Shown one piece after another: positions 16,125 through 24,107 of a stretch of DNA of 24,107 nucleotides. Positions within the stretch are counted from its first letter, which is position 1. The number at the start of each line of letters is the position of its first letter. Position numbers and translations under genes: made by a program. Source of the stretch: Armatimonadota bacterium (GTDB lineage Bacteria; Armatimonadota; SYMT01). The stretch spans positions 1 through 24,107 of the forward strand of contig JBKBRF010000071.1 in the NCBI GenBank assembly GCA_046292385.1, read 5' to 3'. Below the pieces are notes generated by a model. That model searched no databases, had not been told where the DNA came from, and worked only from the letters and a program-made list of their open reading frames with translations.

Positions 16125-17080
16125 CCGGTCACCACGTCCACCGCGCGCACCCGGAAACGGGCCATCGCGATGCCCAACACGATCAGCACGCCCAGCGCCG
16201 TCCAGAGCACCCACTCTGTTGGAGTGAGGATGTCTTCCGGGGATACTCCGTTGGGATTGCTCACGCCGAGCCCCATGAACGTCGGCTCGCCATCGTAGAC
16301 CGCCCCCGCCAGCCCCCACAGGATCCCCGAAGGAGAGAGTGAAGTGATCGTCGTCGCGAGCTGCTTCTTTCCGGTCTGGAAGACGATCATCGAGAGGATC
16401 AGGAGCACGATGCGTGACCCGACGTAGAAGGCCGCGTAGAGGCCGCCCGCCAGCAGCGGCCGCTTGAACCACGCCGAGATCCCGATGATCAGGCTGGCGT
16501 GAAGCGCGGCCTGCATGGAGGTCATCGCCAGGAGCTGGACGATCAGGTAGGGATAGTCCTTGAAGAAGCCCTGGCCGGCGTAGCTCAGCGCGCAGTAGAG
16601 GTAGAGAACCAGCGCGGGGACAAGCGCCGGTGCCAGCAGCGCGAAGAACAGCCCCAGCCACTTGCCGGCCAGGTAGTCGTTCTTCGTCATCGGCTTGGAG
16701 AGGTAGATCTGGAGCGCGTTGGTGCGGTTGTCCCCGGCGATGCTCGCCGCCCCCACCAGCAGCGCCAGCAGGAAGATCCAGAACTGCCCCTGTCCGAACG
16801 CGTGGTAGAACGTCTGGTTGAACTCGGGTGCGGCTACGATCGGCGCCTGCGTGGCGACCTGCTGCTGCAAGTAGAGCAGGAACCCGCCGAGCAGGTACGG
16901 AAGAGAGGCGAAGACCGCGAACACCCAGTACGGCCAGCGGCGGACGAACATCCGCAGCATGGCACGGGCGATGATCCAGGGCCGGAACGGGTGCCGGAGC
17001 AGGGGCCCATCGTAGTTGCGGTAGCTGACGTCCGCGATCGGACCGTCCGGCGCCGGCGGCACCGCTGCATGCTGCGTCAT
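16121..17080 (-). CDS. ABC-2 type transporter permease
   Basis: Multiple TM segments; DNRTNALQIYLSKPMTKNDYLAGK motif; ATGA overlaps on both sides. Confidence 0.87.
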   Translation of the reverse strand: MTQHAAVPPAPDGPIADVSYRNYDGPLLRHPFRPWIIARAMLRMFVRRWPYWVFAVFASLPYLLGGFLLYLQQQVATQAPIVAAPEFNQTFYHAFGQGQFWIFLLALLVGAASIAGDNRTNALQIYLSKPMTKNDYLAGKWLGLFFALLAPALVPALVLYLYCALSYAGQGFFKDYPYLIVQLLAMTSMQAALHASLIIGISAWFKRPLLAGGLYAAFYVGSRIVLLILSMIVFQTGKKQLATTITSLSPSGILWGLAGAVYDGEPTFMGLGVSNPNGVSPEDILTPTEWVLWTALGVLIVLGIAMARFRVRAVDVVTG

Positions 17081-17991
17081 CCCACCGCCTCCAGGAATAC
17101 GTCTTCCAGGCTCCGCTGCGCCGCGCGGAAGCCGCGGACCTGCGTCCCGGCCTCCCGCGCCGCCTCGAAGAGCAGCCGCCCGGGCTGGATCTCGGGGCTC
17201 GGCAGCGTGATCCGCAGCCGCGAGCCGATGCTGTTGGCGATGGTGATGCCGCGCCGCCGCAGCGCCTCCTCCAGCGCCGGAGACGGCTCCCGCAGCTCCA
17301 CGTCGACCTGCGAGCCGCCCACCCCCCGCAGCTCCTCGATCGTTCCCTGCGCCGCAATCGCGCCGCTCTTCATCACGATCACGCGGTCGCAGGTCCGCTC
17401 GATGTCCGGCATCAGGTGCGAGGAGACGACGACGTTCACGCCCTTACCGTGGGAGATGTCCCGCACCAGCTCCAGCATCTGCGCGCGCCCGTCGGGGTCG
17501 AGGCCGTTCGTCGGCTCGTCGAGGAAGACCAGCTTCGGACCGTGCACGATCGCCTGCGCCAGCTTGATCCGCTGCTTCATGCCGGTGGAGTAGGTCTCCA
17601 CGTCGCGGTAGCGCGCCTCGCCCAGGCGGCAGTACTCCAGCACCTCGTGCGCGCGCCGGAGCGCCTGGCTGGGCGGCATCCCCGCCAGCTCGCCCGCGTA
17701 GCTGACGAAGGAGACGGCGTTCATGCCCGGAATGTGGCAGTCGCTCTCCGGCATCAGGCCGATCTTCTGCCGGATGTGCAGACCTTCCCGGGCGACGTCG
17801 AGCCCCAGCACCTCCGCCCGCCCGCCGGAGGGCCGGATAAACCCGAGCAGCGTCTTGAGCAGGGTCGTCTTCCCCGCCCCGTTCGGCCCCAGCAGGCCCA
17901 CGCAGCCCTCCGGCAGCTCCATGGAGAGCCCGGAGATGACGGTGCGGCGCCCGTAGCGGACGCTCAGGTTATCGACGGTGGCAAGCGGCAT
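17077..17991 (-). CDS. ABC-2 type transporter ATP-binding protein
   Basis: Start MPLATVDNLSV at 17991; GPNGAGKTT, YSTGMKQR, VFLDEP, SSH, SLEDVF. Confidence 0.93.
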   Translation of the reverse strand: MPLATVDNLSVRYGRRTVISGLSMELPEGCVGLLGPNGAGKTTLLKTLLGFIRPSGGRAEVLGLDVAREGLHIRQKIGLMPESDCHIPGMNAVSFVSYAGELAGMPPSQALRRAHEVLEYCRLGEARYRDVETYSTGMKQRIKLAQAIVHGPKLVFLDEPTNGLDPDGRAQMLELVRDISHGKGVNVVVSSHLMPDIERTCDRVIVMKSGAIAAQGTIEELRGVGGSQVDVELREPSPALEEALRRRGITIANSIGSRLRITLPSPEIQPGRLLFEAAREAGTQVRGFRAAQRSLEDVFLEAVG

Positions 17992-18171
17992 AAGAGCGGG
18001 AGGCCGGCCGGGGAGCAGCAAAAGGGGGACAGAAGGAGAACGCGCCTGCGCCGGTAGTTCTTGCACCGAATCTCCGCTTCCTCCCCTGATCGCTGCCATG
18101 GCGCGTCGCAGCCGGGGACCGCAGCCACACCCGGCGCTGGCGCGGTGACCAGCGGAGGCGCTGCGAACCGG

Positions 18172-18177
18172 TATAAT
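18172..18177 (+). promoter_or_regulatory. Consensus -10 box of the toxin-antitoxin operon
   Basis: TATAAT in a GC-rich background, 28 nt before the antitoxin GTG; no convincing -35. Confidence 0.55.
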
Positions 18178-18205
18178 CGAGGTGAGGAAAGAATGGAGGT
18201 GCGCG

Positions 18206-18445
18206 GTGTCGATCACGCCGGACCAGCACGAGATCGAAGTCGAGCAGGAGCTGCGCAGGCTCCGGTACACCGCGGAAGAGCGAGCGCGCCTGTTCCCGCC
18301 GAAGGCCCCGTTCCGCTACGAGGACTGGCAGCGGGAGGCGCCGCCCACGAGCGCGGACGAGCGCGCGGGCTGGGACGAGTTTCTGCGGGAGCGGGAGAGT
18401 GAGCGGGAGGAAAGCCTGGCTCGCGAGCTGGGTGTCTCCGAGTGA
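18206..18445 (+). CDS. Small acidic protein, putative antitoxin of downstream VapC
   Basis: GGAGG (18195-18199) then GTG; 79 aa, Glu/Arg-rich; GTGA overlap with PIN gene. Confidence 0.7.
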   Translation: MSITPDQHEIEVEQELRRLRYTAEERARLFPPKAPFRYEDWQREAPPTSADERAGWDEFLRERESEREESLARELGVSE

Positions 18446-18864
18446 GACCCCACCCGTCACCGTCAGTCCTGATCGATACAGACGTACTCTCGTTCTTTTT
18501 CAACCAGGATCCTGTCCGCGTCCCCCGCTATCGTCCGCATCTGGAAGATCACTCGCTCTACATCTCGTTCGTCACGGTCGCAGAGATGCGCTACGGCGCT
18601 CGCCTCCGCGGCCGGGGACCTTCCCGCCTTTCGGCGCTCGACCACTTCTTTGAGCGCTACACCATGGTCGGATCCTCACCGGACCTGGGCAGCGCATGGG
18701 CCGAGATCCGCGCCCATACCCGACGCGCCGGCCGACCTATCGCGAGCCAGGACTCCTGGATCGCCGCAGCAGCCGTGATCCTCGAGATGCCGCTCGTCAC
18801 CCACAACGCCACGCACTTCCAGCACGTCCCCCTCCTCCGCATCATCACGGAGCCCGACGGTTAA
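18442..18864 (+). CDS. vapC: PIN-domain ribonuclease toxin (VapC family)
   Basis: VLIDTDVLS, SFVTVAEMRYG, IASQDSWIAAAA, PLVTHNATHF; 140 aa. Confidence 0.9.
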   Translation: MRPHPSPSVLIDTDVLSFFFNQDPVRVPRYRPHLEDHSLYISFVTVAEMRYGARLRGRGPSRLSALDHFFERYTMVGSSPDLGSAWAEIRAHTRRAGRPIASQDSWIAAAAVILEMPLVTHNATHFQHVPLLRIITEPDG

Positions 18865-18938
18865 CCAGCGAGCGCACGTTAGCCCATTTCCTCATCACCC
18901 GCCTCCCGACCGGCGCTCACGTTGCCGGCCGGTTCGAA

Positions 18939-18970
18939 TTCATCCCTCATCCTTCCGCCCTCATCCCTCA
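18939..18970 (+). repeat. Degenerate heptamer array YTCATCC
   Basis: TTCATCC CTCATCC TTCCGCC CTCATCC CTCA, ending 4 nt before the ATG at 18975. Confidence 0.75.
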
Positions 18971-18974
18971 GAAG

Positions 18975-19964
18975 ATGTCTGCCATCGAAGTCCGCAGCCT
19001 CACCAAGACCTACCTCTCGCACCGGAAGGAGCCGGGGGTGCTCGGCACGCTGCGGTCGCTCGTGCGGCGGGAGACGCTGCGGGTGGAGGCGGTGCGGTCG
19101 ATCAGCTTCGACGTGGAGGAAGGGGAGCTGGTCGGGTTCCTGGGCCCCAACGGCGCGGGGAAGACGACCGCCCTCAAGATGCTCTCCGGCATTATCTACC
19201 CCACCTCCGGCGAGGCGCGGATCTTCGGCTACGTGCCGTGGGAGCGGCGGCCGCAGCTCCAGCGGCAGTTCGCCATCGTGATGGGGCAGAAGAACCAGCT
19301 CTGGTGGGACCTGCCGCCGTCCGAGTCGTTCCGGATGCTGAAGGAGATCTACGAGGTCTCGGATGCGGACTACCGCCGCCGCCTGGGCGAGCTGACGGAG
19401 ATGCTGGAGATCGAGCGGCTCCTCCACGTACAGGTGCGGAAGATGAGCCTGGGGGAGCGGATGAAGTGCGAGCTCGCCGCCGCGCTGCTGCACGCGCCGC
19501 GCCTGCTCTTCCTGGACGAGCCGACGATCGGGCTCGACGTCGTCTCTCAGAAGCGGCTGCGGGACTTCATCGGCGAGTACAACCGCCGCGAGCGGGTCAC
19601 GATCCTGCTCACCTCCCATTACATGCAGGACATCCAGGAGCTGTGCGACCGCGTGGTGATCATCAACCACGGCCAGATCATGTTCGACGACCGGCTCCAG
19701 GTGCTGCTCCAGCGCCACAGCCACACCAAGCGGCTGCGGCTGGTCTTCGAGGAAGAAGTGCCCCGCGAGCGGCTGGAGCGCTTCGCCCCCTGCCTCGATT
19801 ACGGCTCCCACAGCGCCACCCTGGAAGTGCCGCGCGGCCGCAGCGCGGAGGTGGCGGCCCGCGTGCTCACGGAGCTGCCGGTGGCGGATATCGCCATCGA
19901 GGAGATGGAAGCGGAAGAGGTGATCCGCGAGATCTTCACCGCGGGCTCGGCGGCCGCGGAGTGA
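18975..19964 (+). CDS. ABC-2 family ATP-binding protein (COG4586-like)
   Basis: MSAIEVRSLTKTY; GPNGAGKTT; VMGQKNQLWWDLP; MSLGERMKCELAAALLH; LFLDEPTIGLD; TSHYM. Confidence 0.9.
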   Translation: MSAIEVRSLTKTYLSHRKEPGVLGTLRSLVRRETLRVEAVRSISFDVEEGELVGFLGPNGAGKTTALKMLSGIIYPTSGEARIFGYVPWERRPQLQRQFAIVMGQKNQLWWDLPPSESFRMLKEIYEVSDADYRRRLGELTEMLEIERLLHVQVRKMSLGERMKCELAAALLHAPRLLFLDEPTIGLDVVSQKRLRDFIGEYNRRERVTILLTSHYMQDIQELCDRVVIINHGQIMFDDRLQVLLQRHSHTKRLRLVFEEEVPRERLERFAPCLDYGSHSATLEVPRGRSAEVAARVLTELPVADIAIEEMEAEEVIREIFTAGSAAAE

Positions 19965-20007
19965 GCTCGCGAGCTTCCTCCACCTGCACGCCACTCGGCT
20001 TGAACTG

Positions 20008-20088
20008 AGCTCACGCGGACACAGCGGAAGCACCGGGTCGCCAGCGAGCAGGAGCAAGAGTAAGAGCAGGAGCAGGACCTTCCCCGGT
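20008..20088 (+). repeat. Dispersed repeat copy B (GAGCAG hexamer-containing)
   Basis: Matches 7154-7227; hexamer run expanded to GAGCAG GAGCAA GAGTAA GAGCAG GAGCAG. Confidence 0.8.
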
Positions 20089-20125
20089 GCGAAAACTCCG
20101 CGCGACGGCGCAAGCGTGAGACTAC

Positions 20126-20156
20126 TTGACACCCCGGCGGGATTTCGCACTAGAAT
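20126..20156 (+). promoter_or_regulatory. Housekeeping-sigma promoter of groESL
   Basis: TTGACA 20126-20131 and TAGAAT 20151-20156 (19-nt spacer, longer than canonical), directly upstream of CIRCE. Confidence 0.65.
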
Positions 20157-20166
20157 TACCGCGGAT

Positions 20167-20193
20167 TTAGCACTCGACTACTGCGAGTGCTAA
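20167..20193 (+). promoter_or_regulatory. CIRCE element (HrcA operator)
   Basis: Exact consensus TTAGCACTC-N9-GAGTGCTAA upstream of groES. Confidence 0.97.
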
Positions 20194-20325
20194 CCAGAGT
20201 CCACTTGACCCAGGTTTTCCGGCCCGGCGCTCCGGCGCGCGGCCGGGTATCTCCGCCCCACCCGGGGCGCTATGGCTCGCGGCGCCGCGAGCCCGGACGC
20301 TTAGCACGCAGGAGAGGTGACTAAC

Positions 20326-20615
20326 ATGGCCAGTCTCAAGCCGCTTTCCGATCGAATCATCGTGAAGGCCGTCGAGGGCGAAGAGAAGACCGCCGGCGGC
20401 ATCGTGCTGCCGGACTCCGCCAAGGAGAAGCCGCAGCAGGGCGAGGTGGTCGCCGTCGGCCCCGGCAAGGTGCAGGACAACGGCAAGACCGCGCCGATGG
20501 ACGTGCAGGTCGGCGACCGCGTCTACTACGGCAAGTACAGCGGCACCGAAGTGAAGCTGGACGGCCAGGAGCTGGTGGTCCTCCGCCAGGACGACATCCT
20601 CGGCGTAGTCGAAGC

Positions 20616-20619
<4 letters not shown>
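20326..20619 (+). CDS. groES: Co-chaperonin GroES
   Basis: [58 protein letters not shown] favours ATG 20326. Confidence 0.98.
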
Positions 20620-22454
<1,835 letters not shown>

Positions 22455-22475
22455 ACCGCTCTCGAGCCACCGAGA

Positions 22476-22515
22476 GGCGCAGGGCCGGGGTTACCCCGGC
22501 CCTGCGTCGTTTTCT
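22476..22515 (+). terminator. Intrinsic terminator of groESL
   Basis: 13-bp perfect stem CGCAGGGCCGGGG-TTA-CCCCGGCCCTGCG (22478-22506) followed by TCGTTTTCT. Confidence 0.8.
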
Positions 22516-22567
22516 GACCGGGATGCAGTAGACTTACCTCATCCCCTCCCCGACCAGGTGCCCCGCC

Positions 22568-23821
22568 ATGCACGCCAGCTCCCGCCGCTCGTTCCTCAAA
22601 GCCGCCGCCGGTGTCGCCGGGGCCGCCTCGCTGGCGGAGGGCTCCGCGCCGGCGGAGGCGGAGACGGCCGAGGGCCGGCTGATCGCCTACGTCGGCACCT
22701 TCAGCTCTCCGCTCAAAGATACGCTGCCGACCCAGGTCGATCTGCCTCCCGGTAACGGACGGGGCATCCACCGGTTCGAAGTCGACCGCGCCACCGGCGC
22801 GCTGCGCCCGCTCGGGGTCCAGGAGCTGGGCACCAGCCCGAGCTGCCTCGCGGTGAACGCCGCCGGAACGCGGCTCTACTCGGCGAACGAGACCGACCGC
22901 GTCGGGGAGGACAAGCAGGGCACCGTCACCGCTTTCTCGATCGATCCGGCGGATGGGGCGCTCACGCCGCTCAACACCGTGCCGTCCGGCGGCGCCGGTC
23001 CGACCTACGTGAGCCTCCACCCCGGTGGCAAGCACTTGCTGGTCGCCAACTACTTCGGCGGCTCGATCGCCGTGCTGCCGATCCGGAGCGACGGCCGCCT
23101 GGGCAAAGCGACCGACGTGAAGCAGGACGAGGGCGAGATCGGCCCCACCCGCGCGACCAACGCGCCTCCGGGCAGCTTCGCCTTCAGCGGGCACGACCGC
23201 ACCCACGCCCACCAGATTGCGCCCGATCCGTCCGGCCGCTTCGTGCTGCACGTCGACCTGGGCCTGGACAAGATCTTCGTCTGGCGGTTCGATGCCGCAA
23301 AGGGCACCCTCTCGCCCGCCGCCACGCCGTTCGTCTCGCTCCCGCCGGGCGACGGCCCCCGCCACTTCCACTTCCACCCGAACGGCCGGTGGCTCTACTC
23401 GATCCAGGAAGAGGGCTCCACCGTCGCGCTCTTCGACTACGACGGAGAGACCGGCAAGCTCGCGGAGCGCCAGACCATCTCCAGCCTACCGCCGGGGTAC
23501 GCCGGCAGCAACTTCTGCTCCGAGATCCTCGTCTCGGACGACGGCAAGTTCGTCTACGCCGGCAACCGCCTCCACGACAGCATCGGCATCTTCGCGGTGG
23601 GCCGCGACGGCACGCTGCGGCACGTGGCGGACGAGTGGACGCGCGGCAACTATCCCCGCAGCTTCAGCTTCACGCCCAACGGCGGCTACCTCTACTGCTG
23701 CAACCAGCGCGCGGACCACGTCACCGTCTTCAAAGTCAACCGCCGCACCGGCGCCCTCAAGTTCACCGGCCAATACGCCCCAGTGGGCAACCCGTCCCAC
23801 GTGGTGTTCCTTAACCGCTAA
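22568..23821 (+). CDS. Tat-exported lactonase (6-phosphogluconolactonase / 3-carboxymuconate cyclase beta-propeller family)
   Basis: SRRSFLK Tat motif; YVGT, LYSANE, LLVANYFGG, HAHQ, DLGLD, GDGPRHFHFHPNG, NRLHDSI, YPRSF, NQRAD. Confidence 0.92.
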   Translation: MHASSRRSFLKAAAGVAGAASLAEGSAPAEAETAEGRLIAYVGTFSSPLKDTLPTQVDLPPGNGRGIHRFEVDRATGALRPLGVQELGTSPSCLAVNAAGTRLYSANETDRVGEDKQGTVTAFSIDPADGALTPLNTVPSGGAGPTYVSLHPGGKHLLVANYFGGSIAVLPIRSDGRLGKATDVKQDEGEIGPTRATNAPPGSFAFSGHDRTHAHQIAPDPSGRFVLHVDLGLDKIFVWRFDAAKGTLSPAATPFVSLPPGDGPRHFHFHPNGRWLYSIQEEGSTVALFDYDGETGKLAERQTISSLPPGYAGSNFCSEILVSDDGKFVYAGNRLHDSIGIFAVGRDGTLRHVADEWTRGNYPRSFSFTPNGGYLYCCNQRADHVTVFKVNRRTGALKFTGQYAPVGNPSHVVFLNR

Positions 23822-23884
23822 AGTCCGGAGCGCTCAACCCCCGCGCCGCCTCCCGTAGGGCGGAATATCTGGCGCGTGACAGAC

Positions 23885-24022
23885 TGTGGAGTGCGGAAGC
23901 TCGCTTCCGCTTTGGGGAGCGTGCCGGTCGCGCACACTGTCTTCGCTCGAATGCAAGCTCTTGAAGATAGGAGCGGTTCGGATGCGAGCCGGCGGCGAAA
24001 GCGGGAGCAAGCTCCCGCACTT
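23885..24022. repeat. REP doublet (REPIN-like): two inverted REP hairpins around an ~84-nt spacer
   Basis: Left AGTGCGGAAGC-TC-GCTTCCGCTTT (23890-23913); right AAAGCGGGAGC-AA-GCTCCCGCACT (23998-24021) is its near reverse complement. Confidence 0.85.
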
Positions 24023-24107
24023 GTATGTTAGCTCCAGGTGGGAAGGAAGAAGAAGGTCACCCGCACTTGCCGCCCTTCGGGGACGGACGTTTGGAGAAGA
24101 CCTCTTC

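Noticed and set aside
16125..17357. Apparent 718-aa ABC ATPase fusion
   Set aside because: The extension is an alternate frame over the permease; ATPase homology starts at 16124
24047..24107. cUUCGg hairpin (24073-24082) and GAAGAAGGTC/GACCTCTTC pairing at the window end
   Set aside because: Short stems truncated by the window edge; not enough to call an RNA

Overview
High-GC bacterial chromosomal window; the gene mix (DUF1501 protein, CIRCE-controlled groESL, Tat-exported enzymes) would fit Armatimonadota or a PVC-like lineage, but that is inference only. In order: a cytoplasmic 4-PAS hybrid histidine kinase and an M19 dipeptidase (-); a six-gene glycan cluster (+) with GT4, membrane GT2, two NDP-sugar epimerase/dehydratases, an unnamed deacetylase-like metalloprotein and a translationally coupled Tat-type GH123/DUF4091-like hydrolase; a DUF1501 gene; a four-gene ABC-2 exporter operon (-); a VapC toxin with an atypical antitoxin; an orphan ABC ATPase; groES-groEL with a perfect CIRCE; and a Tat lactonase. 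No tRNA, rRNA, CRISPR array or transposase was seen. The most unusual signal is non-coding. Several intergenic regions carry fold-back elements whose arms are tandem 7-mers of different families (CAGGTTG, AAAGGCW, GTAKWSC, TAGGGTC) around 23-103 nt cores, and most abut a stop codon. One appears to have inserted at a duplicated TTAA inside the GT4 3' end and displaced its C-terminus. Two others are colinear copies with compensatory arm changes that bracket the DUF1501 gene.
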